A stretch of 64,000 nt of DNA from Candidatus Abzuiibacterium crystallinum (GTDB lineage: Bacteria > Omnitrophota > Omnitrophia > Omnitrophales > Abzuiibacteriaceae): contig PCVY01000064.1 of the NCBI GenBank assembly GCA_002787155.1, positions 10,475-74,474 on the forward strand, written 5' to 3'. Numbering within the stretch: the first letter of the stretch is position 1; each line of letters opens with the position of its first letter. Positions 47,810 through 58,501 of the stretch are shown here, one piece after another. The notes below the pieces were generated by a model that did not search any database, was not told the DNA's origin, and saw only the letters and a list, made by a program, of their open reading frames with translations. The position numbers and the translations under genes are program-made.

Positions 47810-48235
47810 ATGGCAGATGAACATGTCCAACCCATAGGTGGTAGCGCGAGTGGACCGGAATCAGCACACAAAGGCAAGCGTTTTGCGGTTGCCGTCATCG
47901 ATTTAATTATTATGCCCATCTTATTGGGAATTGTTGCCGGATTGATTTTGCTGGCGGCACCTGAAGTGGTGCGTAATGTGCTCTTGATTTTGATTAACAT
48001 TGGATGGCTTATTTTCCGGGACCTTGTATTTTCACCGGGCCGGAAGATGGTCGGACTCAAATTGGTCAGTTTAACGGGCGAGAAAGTGACCTTTTTGCAG
48101 GCTTTCATTAGAAATATTTTAATTATGATTCCTTTTGTTCTGTTGATTGGCTACATCCTTGAAACGGTCATGATCTTGGTCAAAGGCGACCGATTGGCGG
48201 ATACTTGGGCAAAAACTCGGGTGGTTTCGGCTTAA
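47810..48235 (+). CDS. RDD family membrane protein
   Basis: KRFAVAVID, SPGRKMVGLKLV, IRN, RLAD.WA.T.V. Confidence 0.9.
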   Translation: MADEHVQPIGGSASGPESAHKGKRFAVAVIDLIIMPILLGIVAGLILLAAPEVVRNVLLILINIGWLIFRDLVFSPGRKMVGLKLVSLTGEKVTFLQAFIRNILIMIPFVLLIGYILETVMILVKGDRLADTWAKTRVVSA

Positions 48236-48246
48236 AATTAATTAAT

Positions 48247-48285
48247 CAAAAATGCCTTCCCATTGCGGAAGGCATTTTTGTTTTT
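48247..48285 (+). terminator. Intrinsic terminator
   Basis: CAAAAATGCCTTCC-CATTGC-GGAAGGCATTTTTG followed by TTTTT. Confidence 0.8.
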
Positions 48286-48293
48286 GGAGTCTT

Positions 48294-48677
48294 ATGGCCC
48301 GGTCAAAACCAAAACAGCTAAGCTTGCAGAGCCTGGAGAATATGATCAGCTCTCTTGAGCAGAATCAAAAAGTTCAAGCAGGGGATATGGTTTACATTAA
48401 AAAACACCTGGATAAGATATGGGAACATGTGGTTTCTACTAATGATCGTCTACAGACTCTTGAAATCCAGGCTAATTTGGTTGCGCGGTTAATTTCAACT
48501 CTGGCTGTTGAAAAGCTGGGAGTCAGCTCGTTCAGTCTCTTGAAAATGATTAAACGGATCGAAAAAGACACCATTGCGGCTGATCAGATACAGCATTTGG
48601 AGCACCTCTACCGCCTGGAACCTAAAGAAAGTGTTGTCAAGCCGTCTCCTAAAAAGCGCCGCCCTAGGAAGAAATGA
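48294..48677 (+). CDS. Hypothetical protein, helical with basic C-terminal tail
   Basis: ATG at 48294 after GGAG; the upstream ATG at 48252 lies inside the terminator. Confidence 0.7.
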   Translation: MARSKPKQLSLQSLENMISSLEQNQKVQAGDMVYIKKHLDKIWEHVVSTNDRLQTLEIQANLVARLISTLAVEKLGVSSFSLLKMIKRIEKDTIAADQIQHLEHLYRLEPKESVVKPSPKKRRPRKK

Positions 48678-48823
48678 GTTTTAACTCCGTCTGAATAACG
48701 TCCGATAAAACTTGTTTACAAGCCTAACTATTCCGGTTAAAATACACATTATCTTAAAGTTCAAGCGAGCGGTTGATAACAACCGCTATTTTTTTGAGAA
48801 AACTCCTTAACTCATTTTGTAAT

Positions 48824-49027
48824 ATGAAGATACAGCTAAACGGTGAAGAGCGTGAAATCGAAAACGATCTCACCATTGACTCCTTATTAAAGCAGTTTCA
48901 TCTCCAAGTTAAAGGTGTTGCCATCGAACTCAATCATCAGGTAATCCTTCCTCATGAATGGCAGTTTGTTTCTATCCGGGAAGGGGATGCGATAGAGATT
49001 GTCCAGTTTGTAGGGGGCGGTATTTAA
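48824..49027 (+). CDS. thiS: Sulfur carrier protein ThiS family
   Basis: MKIQLNGE, VAIELN, GDAIEIVQFVGGG(I). Confidence 0.9.
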   Translation: MKIQLNGEEREIENDLTIDSLLKQFHLQVKGVAIELNHQVILPHEWQFVSIREGDAIEIVQFVGGGI

Positions 49028-49042
49028 ACCAACCGAAGTGTT

Positions 49043-51142
49043 ATGGCTAAAAGACTCGTTATTGTTGAATCGCCTGCAAAGGCAAAAACCATTGGAAAGT
49101 ATCTCGGAAGAGACTACATTGTCGAGGCTTCCTTTGGCCACGTCAGAGACTTACCGAGAAGCAAGATGGGTGTTGATGTTGATAATCAATTTGAGCCCAA
49201 ATATGTCGTTCCCACCAAAGCACGGAAGCGTGTCACCAAACTCAAGAAAACTGCCAAAGGCAAGGATGTTTTCCTAGCACCCGATCCTGACCGGGAAGGC
49301 GAAGCGATCAGTTGGCATTTGTTTGAATTACTTGAAAAGAATCCGAAGTCGATTAAGCGAGTCGAGTTTCATGAAATTACAAAAGATGCCGTTCGCCGCG
49401 CTTTTGAACATCCCCGCGAAATTGATCAGCGGTTGGTCAACGCCCAACAAGCCCGCCGGATTTTAGACCGGATCGTTGGTTATGAAATTAGTCCGCTTTT
49501 ATGGAAAAAAGTCGGAAAAGGTCTCAGTGCGGGCCGTGTGCAATCGATCGCATTGCGTCTCATTGTGGAACGCGAAGATGAGATTCGCCGGTTTGTGCCT
49601 AAAGAGTATTGGTCTTTAGAAGCTCAATTATCTTCCAAGCGGCCTGAGGAGAAAGATAAAGTATTTGTGGCGAAATTGGATCGCGTCAACCAAGAAAAAA
49701 TTGATCTTAACAATGCCGAGGAAACGGAAAAAATAAAGACAGCTTTAGAAAAAAGTGAATTCCAAGTTTCTTCCATTGAAAAGAAAGAGCGAAACCGCAA
49801 ACCACAAGCACCTTATACAACCAGTAAACTTCAACAGGAAGCGTATAACCGGCTTGGTTTTCCGGCCGCTAAAACCATGCGGATTGCTCAAAGTCTTTAT
49901 GAAGGTGTGGAGATCGGTGAAGATGCAGCGGTTGGTTTAATTACCTATATGCGCACCGACTCGGTACGGGTGGCGCAAACAGCTTTGGATGAAGTGACAA
50001 AATACATTAAAGAGCATTTTGGTCCTGAATATTTACCGGAAACGCCCCATGTTTATAAGTCTAAGAAGAGCGCCCAAGAAGCACATGAAGCGATTCGCCC
50101 CACCTCGGCTTACCGCCCGCCGGAGAAAATTAAATCCTATCTCTCGATGGATGAGTTTAAGTTGTATGAATTAATTTGGTGCAAATTTGTTGCCAGCCAA
50201 ATGGCGCATGCGAAAGATCAAGTGACGTCGATTGAAATTTTGGCTGCAGAAAAATATATCTTTAAAACCACCGGAACCATTAATGTTTTTCCGGGCTTCT
50301 TAAAAGTATTTGCCGATGCTCTCCACGCCAAAAAGAAGAAAGAAAAGGAAGAGCAAAAAGAAGGTGAAGAAACCCATCAAGCCTTGCCGGAATTGATACA
50401 AGGAGAAAGTTTGGATTTGCATGAATTAATCAGTAGCCAACATTTTACAAAACCACCGGCGCGTTTTAACGATGCCAGTTTGGTCAAAGCTTTGGAAGAA
50501 GATGGAATCGGACGGCCGAGCACGTACGCCCCTACCATTCATACTTTGTTGGCACGCGAATATGCCGAGAGGCAGAGCGGTGCGCTGGTACCAACCGATT
50601 TAGGAGAGGTGGTGGTTAAGCAGCTCGTCGAACATTTTCCCACCATCATGGATATTGAATTTACTGCCAACATGGAAGATGAACTCGATAAGATCGAGGA
50701 AGGTGATGTTGATTGGGTTCAGGTTTTAAAGAATTTTTATCCTCCGTTTCATCAAGCGGTCGAAACCGCCCAAGTGGAAATGAAGGATATGAAACAGGAG
50801 TTAATCGAGACAGAAGAAACTTGTGAAAAATGCGGTAAACCAATGGTGATACGTCGTGGTCGTTACGGTAAGTTCTTGGCATGTTCTGGTTTTCCCGAAT
50901 GTCGTAATACAAAGCCTATTTCAACCGGCGTGGCTTGTCCGCAGCCCGATTGTTCAGGTACTTTGGTTAAGCGCCGTTCAAGACGCGGTCAACCTTTTTA
51001 CGGCTGTTCCAACTACCCAAAGTGTACTTTTATTGCCAATAAACTTCCCAAACCCGAAGAAGATAAAGCCGATCAATCATCGGCTTCGGAAACGAACCAC
51101 GATTCACACAAGCCATCGGTAAACGATTCAACGCCACAGTAA
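49043..51142 (+). CDS. topA: DNA topoisomerase I
   Basis: IVESPAKAKTI, DPDREGEAI, SAGRVQS, ITYMRTDS, C-terminal zinc ribbons. Confidence 0.98.
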   Translation: MAKRLVIVESPAKAKTIGKYLGRDYIVEASFGHVRDLPRSKMGVDVDNQFEPKYVVPTKARKRVTKLKKTAKGKDVFLAPDPDREGEAISWHLFELLEKNPKSIKRVEFHEITKDAVRRAFEHPREIDQRLVNAQQARRILDRIVGYEISPLLWKKVGKGLSAGRVQSIALRLIVEREDEIRRFVPKEYWSLEAQLSSKRPEEKDKVFVAKLDRVNQEKIDLNNAEETEKIKTALEKSEFQVSSIEKKERNRKPQAPYTTSKLQQEAYNRLGFPAAKTMRIAQSLYEGVEIGEDAAVGLITYMRTDSVRVAQTALDEVTKYIKEHFGPEYLPETPHVYKSKKSAQEAHEAIRPTSAYRPPEKIKSYLSMDEFKLYELIWCKFVASQMAHAKDQVTSIEILAAEKYIFKTTGTINVFPGFLKVFADALHAKKKKEKEEQKEGEETHQALPELIQGESLDLHELISSQHFTKPPARFNDASLVKALEEDGIGRPSTYAPTIHTLLAREYAERQSGALVPTDLGEVVVKQLVEHFPTIMDIEFTANMEDELDKIEEGDVDWVQVLKNFYPPFHQAVETAQVEMKDMKQELIETEETCEKCGKPMVIRRGRYGKFLACSGFPECRNTKPISTGVACPQPDCSGTLVKRRSRRGQPFYGCSNYPKCTFIANKLPKPEEDKADQSSASETNHDSHKPSVNDSTPQ

Positions 51143-51152
51143 AGGTGGGAGC

Positions 51153-52022
51153 ATGAATCAATACCAAGTTCGTTTTTTTCGGTATTTAGAAGTTGAGCGC
51201 AATGCTTCAAACTATACGATCAAAAATTATCAAATAGATCTTCGTGATTTCTTTGAGTTCTTGAATAGTAAATCGCCCATCCAAATTGATTATTTGGAAA
51301 TCCGCCGTTATCTCGGTTTTCTCAAAGAAAAAAATTATCAAAAAAGTACTATTTCAAGAAAATTAGCCTGCCTTCGGTCTTTCTTCAAGTTCCTAACCCG
51401 TGAAAATTTTGTGAAGTCGAACCCCGCGGCAGGCATTCAATCTCCTAAAAAAGAGAAAAAACTGCCGGCTTATCTTGAATTAAGTGAGATTGAACAATTG
51501 TTGAATGCGCCCAATGGTAAAAATTGGGAAGAAAAGCGTGACCAGGCCATTTTGGAAACGCTTTACAGCGCCGGTATTCGCGTCGGTGAACTCATGGGGC
51601 TCAATGATGATGACGTCGAGCTTTTAAGCGGATATTTAAAAGTCAGAGGCAAGGGTAAGAAAGAACGCATTGTGCCTGTCGGCGCCATGGCCGTCAAAGC
51701 GCTTCAAGCCTATTTGGGTGTACGCCCAAAGCATTTAAAAGAAAAAGGAGCGCTGTTTGTGAATCGATTTGGCACACGCTTAACCGACCGAAGTGTGCGG
51801 CGTCTCTTAATTAAATATGCCAAGCGTATCGGTTTGAAAAAAGAAATTTCCCCGCACATGCTGCGCCATACTTTTGCGACACATTTGTTAGACCGTGGGG
51901 CAGATTTGCGAAGTGTGCAGGAATTGTTGGGCCACGAAAATTTATCAACGACGCAGATTTATACACATGTTTCAACCAAACGTTTACGGGAAGCATTCGA
52001 CAGCGCGCATCCGCGTGCTTAG
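51153..52022 (+). CDS. xerC: Tyrosine recombinase XerC
   Basis: GIRVGE, GKGKKER, HMLRHTFATHLL, LGH..LSTTQIYT; follows topA. Confidence 0.88.
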   Translation: MNQYQVRFFRYLEVERNASNYTIKNYQIDLRDFFEFLNSKSPIQIDYLEIRRYLGFLKEKNYQKSTISRKLACLRSFFKFLTRENFVKSNPAAGIQSPKKEKKLPAYLELSEIEQLLNAPNGKNWEEKRDQAILETLYSAGIRVGELMGLNDDDVELLSGYLKVRGKGKKERIVPVGAMAVKALQAYLGVRPKHLKEKGALFVNRFGTRLTDRSVRRLLIKYAKRIGLKKEISPHMLRHTFATHLLDRGADLRSVQELLGHENLSTTQIYTHVSTKRLREAFDSAHPRA

Positions 52023-52033
52023 GAAATGATGGC

Positions 52034-53338
52034 ATGAGTTTATTTTATCTTTTATACGAACCATTGCTGGCGATTTTCGGTTTATTTTATTTGCCGCATT
52101 TGATTTTGCGCCTCAAGCAAGCGCCTGACCATCGCCGGTTGCTCAGGGAAAGATGGGGGCATGTTGAATTAAAAATTAAAGCAGCGCGGATCATATGGAT
52201 TCATGCGGTGAGTGTTGGTGAAGTCATGGCAGCCAAGGAATTTATTCGTTTGCTGCAAATGATGCATCCCGAAACAGGCATTGTGATTTCCACCACGACG
52301 CCGACCGGTCAAAAGGTCGCGCAGCCATTGGCAGGACCGATGGTGCAAGTCGTGTATTTTCCGTTTGATTTTTCATCGAGTGTTAAACGGGCGCTTCAAT
52401 CCATCCGGCCCGCTTGTCTGATTATGATGGAAACGGAAATCTGGCCGAACATCATTCGATGGGCTGAAAAAATGAATATTCCGATCGGCATTATGAATGG
52501 ACGGATTTCAGACCGTGCTTTTCGGCGTTATCAATGGGTTAAACACTGGATGGGCCAATTGTTGCCGAAGCTGGCATTTTGTTTGGTTTCTAATAAAAAA
52601 GATCAAGAACGCTTCCTGTCACTGGGCTTGCCGGCGTCAAAGGTGCAGCTCACCGGCAATATGAAATTTGATATTGAAGGCGTCAGGAATCCCATACAAG
52701 TGGAGCGCTTGAAAGCACGTTGGCAATTTGAAGGCAAACAAGTTTGGGTAGCAGGGAGTACGCATGAGGGTGAAGAAGCGCTGGTTTTGAAAGTTTTTAG
52801 CCGATTGAAACCCGCTGTTCCAAATTTGGTATTGGTTTTAGCGCCGCGGCATCCTGAAAGAACCGCGCAAGTCAAGCAGTTGACGGCTCAAACGAAGTAT
52901 CATTTTGCTTTAGCTGATGAAAAAGTCGATGCATCGCCCGATATTGTTATTTTAAATGTGATGGGCGAGCTATCCAATTATTTTGGATTGGCAGACCTTG
53001 TTTTTATGGGCGGTAGTTTAATTGAGCACGGCGGGCAGAATCCCATTGAACCTGCTCGTGAACGCAAAGGTATTTTGCACGGGCCGCATGTTTCAAATTT
53101 TCAATCTGTGTATGAGCAGTTAGACCGCGCAGGAGGCGCTGTCATGATCCATGATGAAGAGACCATGTACAGCCAGGCGGAAGCGATGTTGCATAATCGA
53201 GAAGCTGTTCAAACCATGGGATTATATGCTTTTGGCGTGGTCGAGGCTTTAAAAGGGGCGTCTTTACGTAATTTAAGATTATTAGAACCTTGGTTAAATT
53301 CATCACATGTGATGAATGAATCGATGAGGGAAAGGTAG
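52034..53338 (+). CDS. waaA: 3-deoxy-D-manno-octulosonic acid transferase
   Basis: WIHAVSVGE, ETEIWPN, GNMKFD, GSTH, PRHPER, GGQNPIEP. Confidence 0.96.
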   Translation: MSLFYLLYEPLLAIFGLFYLPHLILRLKQAPDHRRLLRERWGHVELKIKAARIIWIHAVSVGEVMAAKEFIRLLQMMHPETGIVISTTTPTGQKVAQPLAGPMVQVVYFPFDFSSSVKRALQSIRPACLIMMETEIWPNIIRWAEKMNIPIGIMNGRISDRAFRRYQWVKHWMGQLLPKLAFCLVSNKKDQERFLSLGLPASKVQLTGNMKFDIEGVRNPIQVERLKARWQFEGKQVWVAGSTHEGEEALVLKVFSRLKPAVPNLVLVLAPRHPERTAQVKQLTAQTKYHFALADEKVDASPDIVILNVMGELSNYFGLADLVFMGGSLIEHGGQNPIEPARERKGILHGPHVSNFQSVYEQLDRAGGAVMIHDEETMYSQAEAMLHNREAVQTMGLYAFGVVEALKGASLRNLRLLEPWLNSSHVMNESMRER

Positions 53339-53344
53339 ATAGCT

Positions 53345-54379
53345 ATGACAATCCGTAATTACTTTAGGTTAATCATTGAAAACAAACACGGCGCTCAAGC
53401 CGGTTGGTTTTGGCGGCCTTGGCTTTGGCTCATTCGTTTGATGTACGAATCATCCGTCAATTTGAGAGCGTCACTTTATGCGGTTGGTTTTTGCCGGTCT
53501 AAGAAACTTTCAATCCCCGCGGTCAGTGTCGGCAATATCACATGGGGCGGTGTCGGTAAGACGCCTCTCACTTTGTATTTAAGCCGCTTTTTACTCAAAG
53601 AACACAAAGTGCCGCTGATTTTGACACGAGGCTACAACGCAGACGAAGTACGCGAGTATCAGGCAAATTTAGCACAAGCGGTGATTGGTGTCGGGAAAAA
53701 TCGATATGAAATTGCCAAGCGCTTGCTCAAAAAACAAAAAGCAGACATTGCCATTCTGGACGATGGTTTTCAACATTGGCAATTGCATCGTGATTTGAAC
53801 TTGGTGGTTATCAATGCCCTCAATCCGTTTGGAAACGGCACCTTGATTCCGACCGGTATTTTACGCGAACCCTTGACCAGCCTAAAACGGGCACACATGA
53901 TTATTTTTAATGACGTCAATTTAATTGATAGAAAAAACTTTGAAACACTCAGAGATCAGGTTAAACAATTGGTGCCGACCGCCGAAATCATTGAGGCCCA
54001 ACGCGAGCCCATTTTCTTTTATCAGGCCAAATCCGGCGGGCGGATTGATGTCGATCGGATGCGGGGGAGGCGAGTCACCACTTTTTCGGGCGTTGGAACT
54101 CCGCGAAGTTTTCAACTGGTGCTTTCTAAATTAGGAATTAAAACCATTCGTAATTTTGAGTTTAGTGATCACCATGCTTTTACAGCAAGAGAGTTAAAGG
54201 AAATTAACGAAGTATGCGAAAGCAGTCAGTCAGATTCGATTATCACCACCGAGAAAGATTTCTTTCGGCGCCGAAAGCTGATCACGCAGATTGTAGACCC
54301 TTTGATTTTGAGAGTGTATGTGCGTATAACGGTGGGTGAGGAAATTTTGAAGGATCGCATCCGCAAACTGTTTAGTTGA
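53345..54379 (+). CDS. lpxK: Tetraacyldisaccharide 4'-kinase
   Basis: SVGNITWGGVGKTP, LDDGFQH, G.LRE, DHH, TTEKD. Confidence 0.96.
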   Translation: MTIRNYFRLIIENKHGAQAGWFWRPWLWLIRLMYESSVNLRASLYAVGFCRSKKLSIPAVSVGNITWGGVGKTPLTLYLSRFLLKEHKVPLILTRGYNADEVREYQANLAQAVIGVGKNRYEIAKRLLKKQKADIAILDDGFQHWQLHRDLNLVVINALNPFGNGTLIPTGILREPLTSLKRAHMIIFNDVNLIDRKNFETLRDQVKQLVPTAEIIEAQREPIFFYQAKSGGRIDVDRMRGRRVTTFSGVGTPRSFQLVLSKLGIKTIRNFEFSDHHAFTARELKEINEVCESSQSDSIITTEKDFFRRRKLITQIVDPLILRVYVRITVGEEILKDRIRKLFS

Positions 54380-54385
54380 TGAGCA

Positions 54386-56335
54386 ATGATCCAATTATTA
54401 GCTTATTGGGCGCTTAAAATATTGGCGCGTTTGGCTCAGTTATTGCCAAATGCTTGTTATCCCTTCACCGCAACACTATTAGGGAAACTAGCTTACTGTT
54501 TAGACAAAAGACGTTACGTTGCTTACGCAAATTTAAAAGCAGCCTTTCAAACCCGCTATTCGCCTAAGGAATTAAAGGGCATTATTCAACGGCAATATGA
54601 ACATTTATGCTATTGCTTTCTTGAAATCCTTAATTTCCCAAAGATGGATCAAGCTTACATCAATCAATTTGTTACCATGGAGAATGGTCATTGGTACGAA
54701 GAAGCTGTCCAAAAAAAGCGTCGGGCCATGTTAATGACGGCACATTTTGATAACTGGGAAATGCTTCAAACCTACTCGGGTATCAGGGGATATCCGCTGT
54801 ATGTGCTCGTGCGAGATCAACGGCACACCAAACTGAATGATTTTCTCAATCAGCTTAGGGAATCGCATGGCGCTACCCCCATCTCAACAACGGGAATGGG
54901 GCTAAGAGACTTGGTCCGAACGTTAAAACAAGGCAACCCGGTTGGTGTTTTAGGTGATCAAGGCGGCGGGCGTGACGGTAGTTATGTAAGATTTTTTGGC
55001 CGTAAAACAACAGCCCCGAAAGGTTTGATGAGCATGGCGCTGCGTTGCGAAGCAGACGTTATACCGTGTTTTTCCGTCCGTGAGAAAGGATTGTATCATC
55101 GCATTATCATGAAAGCACCCCTTCTACTGAGTCAAACGGGGGATGAACTTAAAGATGATCTTATCAATAATCAGCTATTTTTAGATCAGCTTGAGCCCAT
55201 GATTCAAGCTTATCCGGAGCAATGGTTATGGATTCATAAGCGCTGGAAATTTTGTTTCACAAAACGTGTGGTAGTACTCGAAGATGAGCGGGCAGGACAT
55301 GCCGCACAAGCACGCGCCGTTGGCCAGCAATTCCATGAACTTCATCGCGAACTGCCTCACTATGACGAATTTCAAATTGATCGCGTACCGGTTCGTTACA
55401 AAAGTAAGCGGCATCGATTTCTTTTTACCTATTTGTCATGGATCATGCACCCGTTTGCACAAAGCCGCCTGTCGTGGCTCAATTTCTTTTTTACTCATGA
55501 AACCACAAATCAGCTCAATCAAATTCCGCATGCTGATTTTGTGGTAACCTGCGGCGCAGGTTTGACGCCGCTTGCGTGGTGGCTAAAAAGTGAATTTTTA
55601 TCGAAGATTATTATGGTCATGAAACCCGCTTTTCCTTTTTCACGCTTTCGTTATGACGTGATGGTGGTGCCAAAACATGATCAAACGACGCATTTACGCG
55701 GCAAGACAATCCCAACCAGTGCTGCGCTCTGTTGGATCGATAAAAAACAAATGGAAAGTGAAGGCGAGCGTTTATCCGGCCAGTTGAAGCTGAATGGTGC
55801 GCGTCGAATCTCGATTTTTATAGGCGGCGAAACAAAAAAATATCGGCTGAATGATCATCGTGTTGATCAGTGGTTAGCGGCTGCCAATCAGCTAAGTCAA
55901 AAAGAAAAATTTGATCTCTTGGTCACAACGTCACGGCGCACGTCTGTTTTGACGGCGGAGACGGTCAAACGGACTTTGAGCGCTAATCAGAGATGCCGTT
56001 TGCTGGTTATTGCCAATGAAAAGAATATCGAGAATGTCACTTTAGGTATGCTGGCACTTTCCGATATTGTGGTCGTGACAGAAGATAGCGTTTCGATGAT
56101 TTCCGAAGCGCTGGCGGCTGGTAAACGTGTTTTGGTGATGAAAGTGGGCAATGGCCAATTATCGGAAAAACATCAATTATTCCAACAAACTTTAAAAAAT
56201 GACGGTTTAATCGAAACGGCTACGGAAGTGGATTTTGAAGAGAAAATCGGTCAATTGATGGCAAAGCATGCGGTGATGTTTCCCATTGAAAATGAATTAA
56301 GTCAGTTACGGAGCATTTTGCGAGAAGAATTATGA
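54386..56335 (+). CDS. Lipid A acyltransferase (LpxL-like) fused to ELM1/GtrOC1-like domain
   Basis: AHFDNWE, DQ, FFG, PEQWLWIHKRWK; then GHAAQ, VPKHD, TTSRRT, VTEDSVSMISEA. Confidence 0.88.
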   Translation: MIQLLAYWALKILARLAQLLPNACYPFTATLLGKLAYCLDKRRYVAYANLKAAFQTRYSPKELKGIIQRQYEHLCYCFLEILNFPKMDQAYINQFVTMENGHWYEEAVQKKRRAMLMTAHFDNWEMLQTYSGIRGYPLYVLVRDQRHTKLNDFLNQLRESHGATPISTTGMGLRDLVRTLKQGNPVGVLGDQGGGRDGSYVRFFGRKTTAPKGLMSMALRCEADVIPCFSVREKGLYHRIIMKAPLLLSQTGDELKDDLINNQLFLDQLEPMIQAYPEQWLWIHKRWKFCFTKRVVVLEDERAGHAAQARAVGQQFHELHRELPHYDEFQIDRVPVRYKSKRHRFLFTYLSWIMHPFAQSRLSWLNFFFTHETTNQLNQIPHADFVVTCGAGLTPLAWWLKSEFLSKIIMVMKPAFPFSRFRYDVMVVPKHDQTTHLRGKTIPTSAALCWIDKKQMESEGERLSGQLKLNGARRISIFIGGETKKYRLNDHRVDQWLAAANQLSQKEKFDLLVTTSRRTSVLTAETVKRTLSANQRCRLLVIANEKNIENVTLGMLALSDIVVVTEDSVSMISEALAAGKRVLVMKVGNGQLSEKHQLFQQTLKNDGLIETATEVDFEEKIGQLMAKHAVMFPIENELSQLRSILREEL

Positions 56336-58479
56336 GAGTCTTACAGATTTTACCGGAGTTAAATGTCGGCGGTGTTGAAAGAGGTGTCATTGATCTTGCC
56401 CGCGCTATGAAAGCAAGAGGGGAAGAGATCCAAGTCATCTCAAACGGCGGGAAATTGGTTCAAGATTTGGTGAAATTAGGGGTGCCGCATTATGCATTGC
56501 CTGTTCATGAAAAATCTCCGCGTGTCTTAAGGCTTGTCAAAGAGGTGGCGAGCATCATCGAACGCGAACGGATCGATGTCATTCATGCCAGAAGCCGCGT
56601 GCCGGCTTGGGTGGCTTATTTGGCTGCTCGACGAACCAATTGCGATTTCATCACCACTTGCCATGGCTATTATTCAAAACACTTTTTTAGCAAAGTGATG
56701 GGCTGGGGCAAACGTGTGATTGTGATTTCGCACAGTGTCGGCCGGCGCATGATCGACGATTTTCACGTTCCACCCGAACGTGTCCGGTTAATCCACCGCG
56801 GTATCGATTTATCACAATATATATTTGATCCGGACAAATATAACAAACCGGCGGGTGGTAAGTTTATCATTGCCAATGTGGGCCGTATTACGCCGATTAA
56901 GGGACAAAAAGAATTTATTCAAGGGATCCAATTGTTAAGCAAACAGATCCCCAACATCGAAGCGTGGATTATTGGCGGTCACGATAAAGACAAACAAGAA
57001 TATTGGGATGAACTTCATTTGTTGGTGAATCAACTCGGATTAACCAAACATGTGAAATTTTTAGGCAGTCGAAGTGATGTGCCTAAACTCTTAAAACAAG
57101 CCGACTTGTTGGTGCTGGCGACTAAAATCCCGGAAGCGTTCGGACGCGTGATTGCAGAGGCCGGCGCTGTTGGAACGGCGGTGGTAGCTTCAAGAATAGG
57201 CGGTATTCTTGATGTTATTGACGAAGGAAAGAATGGTTTGCTTTTTAACCCGTTAAACCCGGAAGAGATGGTAAAGGCCATGTCGCATCTTCTGCGGCAC
57301 CGGGCACAATGTTTCGAGTTTGCACATCGATTGCGTCAGAAGGTAGTGAAGGAGTTCAGCCTTGACCAAATGGTGGATAAAACATTGGATGTGTATCGTG
57401 AAACCAGAGGTGAAAAGAAAATTCTTATCACCAAATTAGGTGCGGTAGGCGATTTAACGCTGGCGATCCCCAGTTTTCGCATGATTCGAAAAAGATATCC
57501 GAACGCCTTTATCGGTCTGGTGGTTGATCCGAAACTGGTTCCGTTGGTGGAGCGATGCCCTTATTTAAGTGAAGTCTACACATTTGACCGGTCTAAGCCG
57601 GTACGCCGTTGGCGGCGGCTTTTGCGGTTGGCGCGGCGGTTACGCAGCGAACATTTTGATATTTCCATTGATTTGCAAAATAACTCAAAAACGCACTGGT
57701 TAACTTTTCTTTCCAGAATCCCTAAACGCATTGGATATGCCCGTGGATTGACCGGATTTCTATTGACTCACCCGGTTGCAGAGCCCAAACAGGTTTTGCC
57801 GCCTATTCGGCATCAATTTGAATTATTAAAACGCATTGGGATAGCACAATTTGATGAAACACTTGAAATGTGGATTGATCCTCAAGCAAAGGAAGAAGTT
57901 CAAGATTACTTAAACGAGGCGGCTATTGATTGGCAGAAACCAATAGTCGGATTTGCGCCCGGTTCCAGTCCTCGGTGGTTAACGAAACGGTGGCCCATCA
58001 AAAATTTTGTTGCTTTGGCCAAACGTTTGCATGAGTCCTGCCAGGCGCAAATTATTTTACTGGGTGGAGCCAACGAAAAAGACTTAGCTATGCCGTTCAG
58101 GGACATTGATCCGCCCATCAAAGTTCTAGATCTCATTGGCAAAACCAATTTTGCTCAATTGTTAGCTTACATAGATACTTTAGACGTTCTGGTGTCAGGT
58201 GACAGTGCCCCGATGCATTTTGCTGCCTCGCTTCAAACCAAGCTCGTTGCTTTGTTCGGTCCGACGGAACCAAAAAAACACCTCCCTCCGGGTTCGGATC
58301 ATATGGTCTTTGTCAAACGTCTTCCATGTCAACCTTGTTATCGGGGTGCTTGTCATTATCAGAAAAAACTAGCTTGTTTGACTGAGATCGATGCGGAAGA
58401 AGTGTGCCAGGCAGTTAAAAAACAATTAAAATTGGTTCAAAAGATTTCAAAAGAAAAATCAAACATTATCAACGAATAA
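56332..58479 (+). CDS. GT4 glycosyltransferase fused to GT9 heptosyltransferase-like domain
   Basis: GGVERG, HARSR, EAFGRVIAEA; then GAVGD, KRWP, DSAPMH, LFGPT. Confidence 0.9.
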   Translation: MRVLQILPELNVGGVERGVIDLARAMKARGEEIQVISNGGKLVQDLVKLGVPHYALPVHEKSPRVLRLVKEVASIIERERIDVIHARSRVPAWVAYLAARRTNCDFITTCHGYYSKHFFSKVMGWGKRVIVISHSVGRRMIDDFHVPPERVRLIHRGIDLSQYIFDPDKYNKPAGGKFIIANVGRITPIKGQKEFIQGIQLLSKQIPNIEAWIIGGHDKDKQEYWDELHLLVNQLGLTKHVKFLGSRSDVPKLLKQADLLVLATKIPEAFGRVIAEAGAVGTAVVASRIGGILDVIDEGKNGLLFNPLNPEEMVKAMSHLLRHRAQCFEFAHRLRQKVVKEFSLDQMVDKTLDVYRETRGEKKILITKLGAVGDLTLAIPSFRMIRKRYPNAFIGLVVDPKLVPLVERCPYLSEVYTFDRSKPVRRWRRLLRLARRLRSEHFDISIDLQNNSKTHWLTFLSRIPKRIGYARGLTGFLLTHPVAEPKQVLPPIRHQFELLKRIGIAQFDETLEMWIDPQAKEEVQDYLNEAAIDWQKPIVGFAPGSSPRWLTKRWPIKNFVALAKRLHESCQAQIILLGGANEKDLAMPFRDIDPPIKVLDLIGKTNFAQLLAYIDTLDVLVSGDSAPMHFAASLQTKLVALFGPTEPKKHLPPGSDHMVFVKRLPCQPCYRGACHYQKKLACLTEIDAEEVCQAVKKQLKLVQKISKEKSNIINE

Positions 58480-58501
58480 AATCTACCCTGATAGATTAAG
58501 A

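Noticed and set aside
51153-52022. Tyrosine recombinase as a prophage or island integrase
   Set aside because: Sits in the housekeeping dprA-topA-xerC context with no att or phage genes.
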